The notes beneath the pieces were generated by a model that did no database searches, had not been told where the DNA came from, and saw only the letters and a list, made by a program, of their open reading frames with translations. The translations under genes were made by a program, and so were the position numbers. A DNA stretch of 64,000 nucleotides. Source: Octopus sinensis (lineage: Eukaryota). Positions 11,938-26,082 of this stretch are shown piece after piece. The DNA is taken from positions 136,648,001 to 136,712,000 of the forward strand of contig NC_043000.1 in assembly GCF_006345805.1 (NCBI RefSeq). Direction: 5' to 3'. Every line of letters begins with the position of its first letter. Position 1 is the first letter of the stretch.

Positions 11938-12423
11938 TGCAAACATGTCTATTCAGCAAATGTATAAGTCACTGACTTTCATAACGCAATCTGTGGCAAA
12001 GGCTAAGACATATAGTTGACTCTTTCAGCACTTTACCTACAGAAATGCTTATTCAAGAAACAACTCCCTGGTGATTCCTTGGTCAACTACCCCTTTGGCA
12101 ATGTGAGCTTGTGTCTGAGAAAGTACATTGTATAATAGTACCAGTGCATCAAATGGTTGAATATTGCATGCATAATGAAATCCAAGAATGTCTCCACACA
12201 TGCACATCATCAATTTAGAAGTAAATGCAGCAGCATTAACAAGAACGTTGTAGTTGCCATTGTAGCCATAGAATATGATATTGGTAATCTTTGGATTAAA
12301 GAATAATTTCAATACAAAGAAAAACATTAGCCAATCATCAATGAAAAGCTTCAATTCATTGAGGAGTAGCAGTTATTATAGTCACCATATACGGCAATAC
12401 CTAAACCAGTGCTTCATACATAC

Positions 12424-12444
12424 CTTACAGTGTTCTGTTCAGTC
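12424..12444 (-). CDS. Candidate 21-nt microexon (unverified)
   Basis: Strong acceptor ctcccttgcttttttctctag and donor AAG/GTATGT; open only as phase 2-2 (TEQNTV). Confidence 0.25.
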
Positions 12445-13455
12445 CTAGAGAAAAAAGCAAGGGAGAAACACCTGCAATATGAACAACAGGCATATTCTCA
12501 TCCTGCTAGATCTCCTCAGCATAGCATGTCCACTTGCAGATAGCTCTAAGATACTTTGAGAGGGCATTCTGTATAATGTATATAATACACAATAGAGTCT
12601 CTCATATGTAATAAAGTGAGTGGGAAAACTTCAATTAGCAGAGGTTATTCACACAATTTGTTGAAGAAATCTTCCTTTTAAAGATCTTGAGATCTAAAAC
12701 AAAAACAAGTAAAAGTGTTACTTTCTACAATATCAGCTGATACAAATTTCATAAGGCTCACTCAAGGTAATTTTTCCTCTACCTATTGCTGGCAGTGCCC
12801 CAGCATGGGCGCAGCCTCAAGGCTGAAACATATAAAAGAATAAAAGAATGTTCAAAGTGATAACCATCCTGACTTTTTCATAATATAGCAAGGTATCAAA
12901 TACCTTTAGCTTTAGATAGGTGAATGACTTTCACGTCTTACTTTTAGAGGAAGATGTTTCATCATTTGAATTCTTGTGCAGTGATAATGACAGCCACGTG
13001 GAAGGATTAAGAGTGTTAAAACACCAGTCATGCTGTCCTGTTGGGGTTTTGTCTGCACAAATGATTATTTTCTGCTATAGCTGTGTTAGTTTAGCCAAAT
13101 TATTATAAGCATGAGACATACCCTGGAGGTCTAGATCAGTTCCTTCTCTGACAGTTTGGAATATTTCTGTGGCTCATCACTCATCAAACTCTAAGTAATC
13201 TTTAACCCTTCATTAAATAAGTTTAAAGTAGAACCAGAAAAATTGTAAACACTAAAAGCTGGTACCCATCATTCTTGCACAATACTTCTAAAAACAACTG
13301 AAGTCCTCCAAAAACAAGAGGTTGCACTTTCATCTGTTTGGTAAGAAATAAGAGTCTCTGGCATTGCCAGCTAAAAATAAAATTCACTGGTTGAAGTAGT
13401 TCTGAGAGAGGTGGGAAATTACATCCCCACCCCTCCAATAAAACACATTTCAGGA

Positions 13456-13875
13456 TACTCTTTACTCTTTTACTATTTTACTTCTTTCAGTCATTTGACT
13501 GTGGCCATGCTGGAGCACTGCCTTTTGTTGAGAAAATCGACTTATTCTTTGTAAGCCTAGTACTTATCCTATCAGTCACTTTTGCCGAACTGCTAAGTAA
13601 CGGGGATGTAAACACACCAGCATCTGTTGTCAAGCGATGTTGGGGGGGGGGGACAAACACACACACACACACAAACGTACACACATATATATATATACAT
13701 ATACATATATACAACAGGATTCTTTCAGTTTCCGTCTACCAAATCCACTCACAAGGCTCTGGTGGGCCTGAGGCTATAGTAGAAGACACTTGCCCAAGGT
13801 GCCATGCTGTGGGACTGTACCCGGAACTATGTGGTTCATAAGCAAGCTACTTACCACACAGCCACTCCTGCGCCT
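13456..13875 (-). mobile_element. SINE family A, full length
   Basis: Reverse complement of the 5319 copy. Confidence 0.9.
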
Positions 13876-14171
13876 ATTCAACTTTCCTCTTCTTTGCATA
13901 TCATTGTAAGATTTCTGAGAAAGAAATGCTGTTGTTCTTAGGTGTGCCTGTCTAGTTTTCTGGACTCTCTTCTCTATCTTTGTCATCACCTTTCTGCTTT
14001 TTTGGTGCTTTTACTTTCACATTTGTTGAATATTTGATTTTAGGTCCCATTTTCCAAATAGCAAGTTAGAAAAATTAATCATACTGGGCAGTACTTAGAA
14101 ATTAACAACTGGTTAATTAAACATAAACTCAATACGTAATTATTGTAGTCAGATTTGATCAACAATCAAGT

Positions 14172-14365
14172 GACATCATTATCATCATCATCGTTTAACG
14201 TCCGTTTTCCATGCTAGCATGGGTTGGACAGTTCAACTGGGGTCCAGGAAGCCAGAAGGCTGCGCCAGGCCCAGTCTGATCTGGCAGTGTTTCTACAGCT
14301 GGATGCCCTTCCTAACGCCAACCACTCCAAGTGTGTAGTGGGTGCTTTTTATGTGCCACCTATAC
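14172..14365 (-). mobile_element. Family C element (tail only)
   Basis: Conserved tail with (CAT)n. Confidence 0.85.
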
Positions 14366-14379
14366 AGAATATCAAGTCT

Positions 14380-14768
14380 CCGATGGAATGAGTTTTAAAG
14401 AAACCGTAAAGATGAAATTAAGCATAATGAATAATAATTTAGCAACAAGTTACCAGAACACAAGCTAATGGGTGATGCGATCAAACAAAGTACAAATATA
14501 GGGGAAACCTGTATCATCTCTTGTGAAAAGTGGGGGAGTCCAGTTTGCTGGACATTGTTGTAGAGCTGAAAACGAGGCAATTTCTACTCTTCTCCTCTGG
14601 AAGCCATCTACTCACGATACCAGAGGGCGCACACTCTCCTACCCTGATGTAATCTCCAGGGATACAGGCATCCAGCAACAGGACCTCTGTAATGTTATGA
14701 TGGATTATGAAGTCTGGCGTAGCATAGTAAATTCCATTGTCTCGACCACAATCGAACAATGGTGATGA
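14380..14768 (+). mobile_element. RTE-clade LINE ORF2 C-terminal remnant
   Basis: FAGHCCRAENEAISTLLLWKP...GRTLSYPDVISRDTG...MMDYEVWRSIV matches the RTE terminal pattern (GHxxR...W.P...GR...D...M.DR..W); ends in TGATGA. Confidence 0.8.
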
Positions 14769-15282
14769 AAGGCATGCTTATATGTTAACTTGATTTTCAT
14801 TGTAAAAGACAATGTTTTAGCCACAAATATCTCTGTTCAGAATACATCACAAAACAGGAGGGCACAAACATTTGATATTGAAGTTTAAGTCTTTGGTAGA
14901 TTTGGTCATACAGAAACAATTGTAGTAGTCTCAAAGTACCAAACGAGATGAAAGGTAATAAATCAAGGACTTGATTGATATTGTTTCATGTACTTTTGAG
15001 AAGACAGAAGTCATATTGGAAGCATAATAGGATCAAAGACATTGTCTTGACAGAAATGAAAAACACTTTTCATACTAACATTGATTAGACTAAATCCATG
15101 GAAAGCATAATGAATTTGGTGCCGATTGGAAATCAAGTTATATATGACAGAGAAATATCAGTTTAGCAGAACACAGAAGACATACTTTCTAAAAAAAAAA
15201 ATAAATAAAAATTTTGGAGATTTTCAAGATTTTCCTGCTGAAAAAGTTACTTATGGTTTTCAGTAATTCAATATAGCCAAAT

Positions 15283-15665
15283 TGTATGTATGTATGTATG
15301 TATGTATGTATGTATGTATGTATGTATGTATGTATGTATGTATGTATGTATGTGTGTGTGTATGTATGTATGTATGTATGAATGTATGAATGTATGTATG
15401 TATGCATATATGAATGTATGTATGCATATATGAATGTATGTATGTATGTATGTATGTATGTATGTATGTATGTATGTATGTGTGTATGTATGTATGTATG
15501 TATGTATGTAGGTAGGTAGGTATGTATGTATGCATGTATGAATGTATGTATGTATGTATGCATGTATGTATGTATATATGTATGTATGTACGTATGCATG
15601 TATGTACATGTGCATATGTATATATATGTGTGTATGTGTGTATGTGTGTATATATGTGTATATAT
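15283..15665. repeat. (TATG)n tetranucleotide array
   Basis: Direct inspection. Confidence 0.95.
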
Positions 15666-15894
15666 GTATTTATATTATGCCAGGAAAAGAAATGTGGTTT
15701 TCACAGTTGTTTACTCATAGTTTCACTTGGCAACTATTCAAACCAACGTGGGTTTATTTTTTATTTTAGAAAATGCCTGTTGAAACTTTTATAACTATTT
15801 GGTGAAGGGGAAGCTTCTAAAAATTATTATTTTTATATTTAAATACGTTACTTAAATTCTTAATGTAAAAAATCATTCTTTCCAAATATTGGTT

Positions 15895-16120
15895 TCAAAT
15901 TTTGGTACAAGGCCAGTAGGTTTGGTGGAGTGGGCAAGTTGATGGCATCAACCTCAGCACTCAGCTGGTACTTTATTTTATCGATACCAAAAAAAAAAAA
16001 AAAAAAAGAATGAAAGGTAAAGCTAACTTTGGCAGAATTTGATCTCAGAGAATAATGGTTGAAGAAATGCCATTAAACATTTTGCCAGGAGTGCTAACAG
16101 TTCTGCCAGCTCTCTAGCCT
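15895..16120 (-). mobile_element. SINE family B, decayed
   Basis: CTGGTACTT...GAAAGGTAAAG...GTTCTGCCAGCTC, reverse of the family B body and head. Confidence 0.7.
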
Positions 16121-16589
16121 GTACTCTCCAAATATTAATAGGCAGTTTCAAATGCTATAAAAGATACAAAATATTTTATCCTTCCATGTTTTGCAATTAA
16201 GTTTGCATATATATATATATATTTCTTATATTTCTTATAAACGCTAAGTTCGACATTTTACATTTAAATTGGTAGTTAACAAAAATCCTTCGACAAGATA
16301 AGTTAATATTTTTATTTTAAGACATATTGTTAAATGCTTTGCGATTATTTATAGTTAATAACATATTTTTTATATATTTATTAAATAATTAGTATAAGTT
16401 AAGTACATTTATTCTATTATTATTATTTTTTATTATTTATTATCTTAGACTGATGAATGACTATATTTTTAAATAGAATTCATTTTCGTTCGATTTAATT
16501 TTGAATCAAATTGATTTTATTATTATTATCTATTTGAAAATATAGCCATGAAATGTGTGTAGTCTTTTTACTGCTGTTTACTCAGCAAA

Positions 16590-16810
16590 AATTTTTAATT
16601 TAATTCGCTTTGTGGGAAGGATTGTTTCAATGTAGTTGTGTTCTGCCCTTACCTTCGAAACACGCAATGAGTTGAAACAGGGGCAGCTGAAGAAGGGGAA
16701 TGTTCCTTGTGTTGTTTGTCTTGTACTCTGCTTTTTCGCTGTAAAAAAAAAATCCGTTTCCTTGTTTTGTTTTTATGTTTTCGTTTCTCGTTATGTTCTA
16801 CATTTATTTT
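16590..16810 (+). mobile_element. Penelope-like terminal repeat with degenerate hammerhead-like motif
   Basis: CCTTCGAAACACG...CTGAAGAAGGGGAATGTTCCTTGTGTTG aligns with the reverse complement of 21770-21930. Confidence 0.5.
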
Positions 16811-16911
16811 TGATGTCCTGTACCCATATATACATGTATATATACATATAGATGTAGGTATGTACATATATGTATGCATGTATGCATATGTTTTATTTAT
16901 TAAATTGTTAT

Positions 16912-16955
<44 letters not shown>

Positions 16956-16957
16956 TG

Positions 16958-17000
<43 letters not shown>

Positions 17001-17490
17001 ATACATATATAATATTTTGGATTAATGGGTATATGTCAATTAGTGTGTTGAAGTGTTTAATAGAGCACTGGCCTTGTGCCTAGAGTAGAAAAGAATATTC
17101 TTTGGGGGTATTTATTCCAGAAATCTTCATTCTGAAGAAAAATTCTACAAAACTCATTTTCGCTTTTTATCCTTTCAGGATCAATAGATAAAGTTCCAGC
17201 CTATGGTTGTATATCGACACAAGTATTGGCACATTAGAAGAGATACCATGTGGTATAAGTTCAAGTTCTTCATGTTCTAGTCCAAATCCTGCTATGGCCT
17301 AATCCAGCACGTAGCTAAATGCTATCACCTAGCTGTGGAGAACTTTTAGTGAAGTCTTACTCTACTATAAGCATTTCAGCCAAGCTTCCAGTATGAGGAT
17401 AACTTTCTCTCATCTGCCTAACAGTCTGAGAGGCACTTTAAAAAGTCAAGGCAATTTTTCTCATGAATAAAGGATAAAGATGAAATACCT

Positions 17491-17708
17491 ATTTCTTTAC
17501 TACCCACAAGGAGCTAAACATAGAGGGGAAAAACAAGGACAGACAAATGGATTAAGTCGATTATATCAACCCCAGTGTGTAACTGGTACTTATTTAATCG
17601 ACCCCAAAAGGATGAAAGGCAAAGTCGACCTCGGCAGAATTTGAACTCAGAATGTAGCGGCAGACAAAATACCGCTAAGCATTTCGCCCGGCGTGCTAAC
17701 GATTCTGC
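17491..17708 (-). mobile_element. SINE family B with 14-bp target-site duplication
   Basis: AAGATGAAATACCT at 17477-17490 and 17709-17722. Confidence 0.9.
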
Positions 17709-18599
17709 AAGATGAAATACCTTGGCAGGTGAGTCTGGACTTTGGTAAATATGGTCAATCTTTACAACTTCAGACATATTCCAGTCTTTTTAAGTCTCTT
17801 CAGTGAAGCATAGGCCACACCGTATTTAAGTTTTGGTACTGCCTTACATTAGTGTTATGATTTCTCTTTCCTTTCAATTCCTCAATTACAACTGTTGAAA
17901 TAAAACAGCAATTTACTAATATAGGATCACATAACCTCTATCTAACTATTACTCATGAAACGGATAATTTAATTTCAAATCACAAGAAGACTTCCATTTT
18001 TCAGCATACACAGGCTATTTTAATAATAATACCAGTAACATACTTATATTACATCATTCAGCTTATACACAGTTTTTACCTCCTGAAATTGGAATTTTGC
18101 CTAAGAAACGAAATGATTATTGGCACATATCTATCAATATAACACCCGATCTAAATGGTTGGAAGTGGCAATAAGCTAAGTGCTCAATAATTCATAAGCA
18201 CTTAGATTTACAGCCATAACTGTCTACCTCCATACTTTCCTTATCATCTCTCTTAATCACAAACATTACACATCCCTGACTGTTTCTGCATTGAAAAGAT
18301 TTAGCCATTTGTCAAAGAAATCAATCTTCAATTCATTATTATTTATGAGAAAATATTACAAACATTCTCTCTACTATTTCAATGCAAAGTCTCAAGTGGA
18401 TCTTTCCTTGAGAATGTAGCACCACTATCTTTCATATTTGTACATGATAATCACAATGCCTTAGAATGTGTGTTTTATTGATCGCTTGTCAAGCTATGTT
18501 GTTATATGTATTCTTTAATGCTTACACACACATATACACACTTGTATGACAAGTAAATGCATGCATACATACACGTTCTCCTTCCTTACACCCACATAG

Positions 18600-18666
18600 A
18601 TATAGCCATACAAATATATATATATATATATATACATGTATGCATGTATGTAAATGTACATATGTG

Positions 18667-18762
<96 letters not shown>

Positions 18763-18995
18763 ATGTATATATGTATATATATATATTATATATATATATA
18801 TGTATATGTATATATACACACACATCCACACACACATACATATATAATATATATATATACATATAGATATATAAATATATGATATATATATATATATATA
18901 TATATATACCCACACACACATATATATTTATCTATGCATGTATATATATATATATATTTATGTATATGTGTGTGTGTATTTGTGTGTGTGTGTGT
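18600..18995. repeat. Long (TA)n/(CA)n compound microsatellite
   Basis: Direct inspection. Confidence 0.95.
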
Positions 18996-19414
18996 GTGCA
19001 TTGCCATTTAGCATGAGCAAACTTAGAATGAAAACACATTGGGTAAAAATAAAAATAAGAAAACACAACATCAAAAGCAAAGTAATATAAAGACAAACCC
19101 TCCCCCACCACCACCACCACCACTGCCTTCAACAACAACAGCAACAACAACAACATTGACATAACAACTACAACAACAGAAAGAAAGAAAGAAAGAAAAA
19201 AACTACTGATTGTATGTCAATGGACATAGTTTAGCTAGTGAAGTAGTTTGAATTATGTTGTCGAAAACCAAAGGGAAGCTGCTGGAAAACATTTTATTTG
19301 GTGACTTCTGTGTAACTTTACTGTTTAGCAAAAGTTAAGCTTCGCTGAATTGAATAGTGTACTGATCAGTAGGGAGTTTTTAGTTTGCCTGCTTTAGCAC
19401 AATTCATCTTCATC

Positions 19415-19640
19415 ACCATCATCATCGTCCCTCATCATCATCATCATCATCATCATCATCAACAGCAGTAGCAGCAGTAACATTTTGTGGTTATCATCAT
19501 CACCCTCATCACCATTATCATCGTCTTCATCATCATCATCATCATCATCGTTATCATCACCACCACCAAACCACCATCTAACTACCACCACCACCACCGT
19601 CATCGTCATCATCATCATCATCCTCATCATCAACAGCAGC
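19415..19640. repeat. (CAT)/(CAC) trinucleotide tract
   Basis: Direct inspection. Confidence 0.9.
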
Positions 19641-20188
19641 AACGTGGCATCTTGGGAAAGTGTCTTCTGCTATAGCCCTGGGCTGACCAGTGCCTTGTGA
19701 GTGGATTTGGTAGATGGAAACTGAAAGAAGCCTGTCGTATATATGTGCCATTGCTCATTGGCCAGGGGTGGTAGACCTGGTGGCTAATATCATCTTCACA
19801 CCAGGTTTGACAAAATTGCATATATCATCTCACACCAGCATGGAAAGTGGATATAAAACAATGATGATTATGATGATAATGATGTCTATGTAAGTGTGTG
19901 TGTCTGTGTGTGTGTGTGTGCGTGTGTGCGTGTGCTATGGCTGTGTTGGTGTTTGTATTTATGTAAAAGGCAGTATTGTTTCAAAAATCCTAACATGGCA
20001 ATTGAATAAATACAGATTCATAAATTAAGTACCAGATTGATAAGTACTAGAATTGGTGTCATTGGTTAAACACTAGAGACAGTGGCCAGTATGTCCAAAG
20101 TTCAAATGATTGCAACTGGTAAAACAATGACTGAAAAAAAAATACATACAGAATTGTTATTTGCATTACTTCATAAAAATATTTCTGT

Positions 20189-20593
20189 AGGCATAGGAGT
20201 GGCTGTGTGTTAAGTAGCTTGCTTACCAACCACATGGTTCCGGGTTCAGTCTTACTGTGAAGCACCTTGGCAAGTGTCTTCTACTATAGCCTCGGGCTGA
20301 TTAAAGCCTTGTGAGTGGATTTGGTAGACGGAAACTGAAAGAAGCCCATCGTATATATATGTATATGTATATGTGTGTATATGTTTGTGTGTCTGTGTTT
20401 GTCCCCCCACCATCACATGACAACCAATGCTGATGTGTTTACATCCCCATAACTTAGCAATTCAACAAAAGAGACCAATAGAATAAGTACTAGGCTTACA
20501 AAGAATAAGTCCTGGGGTCGACTTGCTCGACTAAAGGCAGTGCTCCAGCATAGCTATAGTCAAATGACTGAAACAAGTAAAAAAAAAAAAGAG
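20189..20593 (+). mobile_element. SINE family A, full length
   Basis: Collinear with the 5319 copy. Confidence 0.9.
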
Positions 20594-21010
20594 GATAATG
20601 TCTACTTTGAATGTTGCTGAATAAGTAGATATTTTTTCATAATAGCATTCAACAACAACTAATCCTTTTGAACAAACAGTTATTCTTTATAATTAACATT
20701 AGGTGACAATTAAAAATATATATCTAATATAGTCTTAACTTCATGTAAAATTTATTATTATTGTATTGTCACGAACCATTTAAAATTTTTTTGTGCATAT
20801 AGTGATTGTGCTTAGTGATTTCATTGTTGGTTGCGGTGAATTAAGAAGAGTATATAGAGACTTGATTGAGACAATAGGAATAGATTTTAATAGGCGTTTG
20901 AATGGTGAAAATTAAGCTCTATACAGGAATTACAATCTACTAAGAAATTTTACTTATATATAATATTATAAATTATTCCACCGTGTCTCACTATAAAGTT
21001 TAACTTTCAG

Positions 21011-21077
21011 GAATTGATCCTTTTCTGTGATAAAAATACACTTGAACAATTGAAATTATTTGTTAGATTATTATTTG
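21011..21077 (+). CDS. Candidate exon (unverified)
   Basis: ttaactttcag acceptor, TTG/GTAAAA donor; only phase 0 is open: ELILFCDKNTLEQLKLFVRLLF. Confidence 0.22.
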
Positions 21078-21424
21078 GTAAAATCTATTTCTGAAATAAC
21101 TTGTAAGTTTCCTCTGTTTAAAAATTAACCAAAATTTCTGCCACTTGAGACTATCTTGCTTTAACTTCTCCCAATTTGGTTAGACTGAAAAATCTAAGTC
21201 AAATGTTACTGATACAAATTGGTTTCTTTCAAATTAATTTTGTTGTTTTTCTATCAATTTGAATATTTCTATATATCAGTTATCTCTCTGTAACAACCTA
21301 ATTTTGCTAGTGTAGTGCTTCTGAGAGAGTTCTAAAAGTAATACAACATGGCTAATTCACTTGCAAAGCCAATATTGAAATAAAAATGTTATATATATAT
21401 ACACACACACACATATATATATAC

Positions 21425-21523
<99 letters not shown>

Positions 21524-21699
21524 TCCATATACATATACATGCATATATGTATGTATAAATATATGATCTTTGTTTTTAAAAGGAAAACTTTGACTTGACA
21601 GTTACTTTGAAGTAATGGTGAAACTTTCCCCTGTAAGAATTAAATAATTTAAATATGATATTCCTTTAAGTGATCCCTCAATTTGTATATATATATGTA

Positions 21700-21735
<36 letters not shown>

Positions 21736-21769
21736 GTGCTTGAGAAGATCCATCAAACCAAGTGAAATC

Positions 21770-21930
21770 ATAGTCATAGTTATGACCAAATTTTTTTCCG
21801 AACAATAAAAAACAAACAAACAGAGAAACGAGACATACAACATAAAGAATATTCCCTTCATCAGTTGTCCTCTGTTTTATCTACTCTGTGTTTCAAAGTT
21901 AAGGACAACATGCAACTTCATTAAATAGTT
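21770..21930 (-). mobile_element. Penelope-like terminal repeat, same family as 16590-16810
   Basis: Minus strand TTAATGAAGTT...AACTTTGAAACAC...CTGATGAAGGGAATATTCTT. Confidence 0.5.
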
Positions 21931-22299
21931 CTTCCCGCAAAGCAAATTGAATAAAATTTGGGGTTTTTTGCAGAAGGTGAAAGAGGTAACAAAAACAGGA
22001 CAGTGAGAACAAAATGGTTAAATAAACGGTGAAGGCTGTTAAACCAAGATGATGTGAAGTTGTGAACGTTGGAAAAATGAGCTCTGAGAAGAGACAGATA
22101 AAAGCACGTCTTATCTTTAGGAAGGAAGTAAGGAAGTGGAAGAAAGAAAGATGGTCAGCCTTTCGTCATGAGTGAGCAACGAAAGTCAAGGAGGAAGAGT
22201 GAGAGAGAGAGAGAGAGAGAGAAAGAGGGGGAACGGTGAAGGGGAGAGAAGAATAGGGAAAGGGTGGGAGAGAAAAACAGAAAGAAAGAAGAACAAGAG

Positions 22300-22355
<56 letters not shown>

Positions 22356-22701
22356 GCGTTTATACTTATCTGTATGCATGCATGTTTACATGTTTGTTAT
22401 TATTGTATATATGTGTGTGCGTTCGCAGACTTGGCTTTTATGTATAAAGTTTAGATGTATCTTTTCCTTATTTTTCCTTTTATTTTCATTCTCCTTTTCC
22501 TTATCAGTAGATACTTTAGTGAACACAGTTATCTTCTCTCTCTTTTTCTATCTCTCTCTCTTTCTTTTTACTCTGCTCTACCATTTCTTTTTCTTCCAAC
22601 CAATGTCTCTTATTCTTATTCTAGTTCTCTTCTAACATGTAGCAATAAAGTCACATCTTCACAACATATGCACAAAGATGTATGCTGTGTGTGTGTGTGT
22701 G

Positions 22702-22741
<40 letters not shown>

Positions 22742-23323
22742 GTGTGTAGATACCTATATATACATTAGTATATATATATGTTCATATTTATATTTTGCCT
22801 GTGTATATTTGTGGATATGTTTATATGCATGTATTAGCGTTTGTATATTCAGTGTACATATGCATGTCTATGTTTTTTTAGTGTGTATATGTATAAGTAC
22901 AGTGTGTTTATTTTTAGGCCATTTGATTTATGCAAGGGAATATTATCGTAAACAGACATTTATTTTTGATTAAATTTATTTTACCATTAATTAATTTATT
23001 CTAGGTACATATGTTTTTCCTTCTAACTACAGTTAGTTTTGAAATTTTGATATTTGATTTAAGGTTTTTTTTCAATTTCACATAATTTGATTTTAAACCT
23101 ATCATCATTGATTAAGAAAAACCTATAAGTTGGAAAGACCAATGGAAAGAAAGCAATTCAAATGTGTATCTGTCAATGTAAATTGTATATTTTATACAAT
23201 CAAACTTTATGTTGTTCCCTTCTCAATCTAAACTGTCCGAGAAAGAGGAATGTGAAACTCTGAGTAGTAGTTTTTTGTGATGTCTTTGCAGCTTTAATAA
23301 TAATAATAATAATAATAAAGTAC

Positions 23324-23370
<47 letters not shown>

Positions 23371-23375
23371 ACATA

Positions 23376-23590
23376 TGAAGGGGTGCTGAAAAGTTCTTGG
23401 TTTTAAAGGTATCATGAAAGCTTCATTGGAGGTGTAACTTTCCGAATTCTTTTACAAAGTTCAGAAAAAATGAAGGACCACTGCAATAATTGTGTGAATC
23501 TGAAAGGGGAATATGTTGATTAAAATCATAATTAACTGATCCTCCCATATTTTCTTTTATCCAAAACCAGGAAATTTTCAGCATGCTTTC
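23376..23590 (+). mobile_element. Internally deleted mariner element / MITE
   Basis: TA-flanked imperfect TIRs (GTGCTGAAAAGTTCTTGGTTTT / AAAACCAGGAAATTTTCAGCAT); interior encodes NNCVNLKGEYVD*, like the mariner transposase C-terminus (KCI..KGxYVE). Confidence 0.75.
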
Positions 23591-23804
23591 TATATGTATA
23601 TATGTGTGTGTGCCTGCATATCTGTCTGTATTCAAAATATATACACTTTGTATTTGCAATATATTGAGCACTTCATTGAATTGTATCCTTCTAGATTTTT
23701 TGACTGAAATTTATATAACACACACACACATGCACAGACACAAACATACACACACATACACACATTCACAGGTTCACACACACACATTTATACATATTCC
23801 GGTC

Positions 23805-24030
23805 ATTCAAAATGTGACCGCGTGTGTACTGTTGGCGATTTTTTTCCTCCGTCTTCCCTTCCTTGGATCTTTCCTTCTCCTATGTTTTTGATGAAGAGCT
23901 CCGCTTGAAACGTTAAATCCTCCTTTCTTTCCTCTCCTGAGCATCCAATAACACTATACTTGTTCCACATCCTCGTGCTGTTGTGTTTTCTCTTTGTGTT
24001 TTCATATTTGGATTAACTATATATATATGT
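23805..24030 (+). mobile_element. Short non-autonomous Penelope-type repeat (family i)
   Basis: Near-identical to 27660-27890; contains a hammerhead-like core. Confidence 0.75.
23885..23917 (+). ncRNA. Minimal type I hammerhead ribozyme motif (degenerate copy)
   Basis: TTT-TTGATGA-AGAGC-TCC-GCTT-GAAA-CG-TT-AAA: core with C3>T, stem II, palindromic CG stem III, stem I TTT/AAA. Confidence 0.6.
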
Positions 24031-24671
24031 ATATATATGCATGTGTGTTTAAATTTTTCCTTGATTTATATCTAAGAAGTTTGTAGAAATCAATGAATAA
24101 CCAATGTTCTTCAAACAAATTCCACCAAGCCAGAGATGCTAACTTTCCACTCTTATCTTCAGAAAGGCTGTTATGCCATGACTGCTCTTTGGAAAACTTT
24201 AACTAACAATGCCATAATTCCTAAAGAGTGATATAAAATAAATAAATATGATTTTATTTATTTTATGATTATCATACTGACAAATACTGGACATTTGAAT
24301 TTACTTTCACTTTATTTCTGGCAATAACCTTTATGAGAGTCTCTAAGCCTTTCTTTAACTGCTTTTAGATCTCATAGGTATTATAGGTTAAAATCTGCTA
24401 TATTCTACACTAAAAGTTGGAAAACATTATGAGAGATTAGCATTGACTCTCATTCAATGAAAATAGCTCTTCAGATTTGTTATTTATTTATGAGTTGCTT
24501 TTCAGGATTAAACTCGTGCATGGAGGGAATCGAAAGCAATATATATAATGGGAACGTTAAGCATTCCATATTATATGGGTTATTTCTTATCATTATGAAA
24601 TACAAATGACTGACCAGTCTTTGATTAATATTTTTATTGATTTAACAAAGGTTCTTGGGTATATATTGATA

Positions 24672-24728
<57 letters not shown>

Positions 24729-26082
24729 TTGATACCTTTCTTAGTATTACTAATCAATAAATTGCATTATTAGAACAAAATATTAATAGTTTTAACTTTG
24801 AGTGCCTCTTTAAAATATTGTTGTATCATATGACATCAACAACTTTGATAGATCCCAAGAAAAATCATTTCTTTTATGAAAATTTCTTTTCTAATATTTA
24901 TTATTCCAGAAGTCAAAAATGTTGTTTCTTTTCTTTTAGTTTGAATGAATGAGTCCCCAAGTTATAAGGGTCTATAGTCACAGAGTAATTGCTATAGTTC
25001 ATAGTATTTCAAATATTGTTCCTTGTTATGATGGTACTAATTATTTTCATTCATGCTTCACTATCATAAGTCATGTCCTTAAAAGATATATGACTTATCC
25101 TACCCAAACATTAAAATCTGACATAAAACATTCTATGAAAATATCCAACACCAAATTCTTTATTGGAATATTACATTGATTTTGGCATAATTTCCCATAG
25201 GTTTTAGCTCACTTAATACTATAAATATCTTGGAATTTGTATGAAATTCATAAAGAATATTTTTAGTTGAAATAAAATAGCCCCATACCTGTACACTTGT
25301 AGCCAATAATCTAGTTCAAAGCTAGATGATACCACTCAGAAAAATGGCTTTTGCTTTTGGACATCTGAAATTAATGTTGTTAATATCAATCTGGAAAACT
25401 TATGACCCTTTGCATCAGGTTTAATAACAATGTGACAGGCTTGCAACTTAATTCTTTTTATTGGAATTATTACAGATGTGGCATTTTCTTCCATTTGGGC
25501 AATTTAGTTCAGATGTAGGTTATCTAGTTAACAATTCAAATATATGAACAGGAAATTCTTGGAGAAGAAACAAGTATAAAACCATTCATTTCAGCAATGA
25601 GGAAGGAAGGAATCAGTGAAGAACACTTTTGGTGAAAAATATTATATTAGAAAGGTTAGGAAATAAAAACAGGGAATAAATAAAATATTGGAATAAAAGA
25701 GAAGACTGTAAAATAAGAAATGATATAAAATATAATGTTCACAGAAGAGATATGGTGTAAGAGAATATTGAAAGTAACAGACAGAAAAAAAGTAAGGAGG
25801 ATAAAGGTGGAACATAACAAACAAATAAGGAAAGAAAAAAATAGACATACGTATGGAATAAAACATAATGAAAGAAACTTGCTCTTAGGTTGCTATAATG
25901 TGCCAGGTTAAAGAAAGAACTGAACAAAGAATTCCTCAGAGAATTGGAACATTCATTTGAAATTTAGTCTTGCTATTTAGTTGTAAGGGTTCTCTTATTG
26001 TTAGCAATACATCAATCTTTTATTGGAAAGATTTGCTGTTTGGAACTTGCAGGAAGTACCTTTGGTAAATAGATTCTTATAC

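Noticed and set aside
12049-12354. 101-aa minus-strand ORF as a gene
   Set aside because: No recognisable domain, and it is not phase-compatible with the upstream microexon without a stop.
16653-16738. CpG-rich promoter or minus-strand exon with a strong GTAAGG donor
   Set aside because: The segment aligns with the repeat at 21770-21930, so the CpGs and splice-like signals belong to an interspersed element. All three frames are open, which is uninformative. Exonisation is not excluded.
17425-17728. Plus-strand coding exon ending at CAG/GTGAGT
   Set aside because: After removing the SINE, all three frames contain stops. It could only be non-coding.
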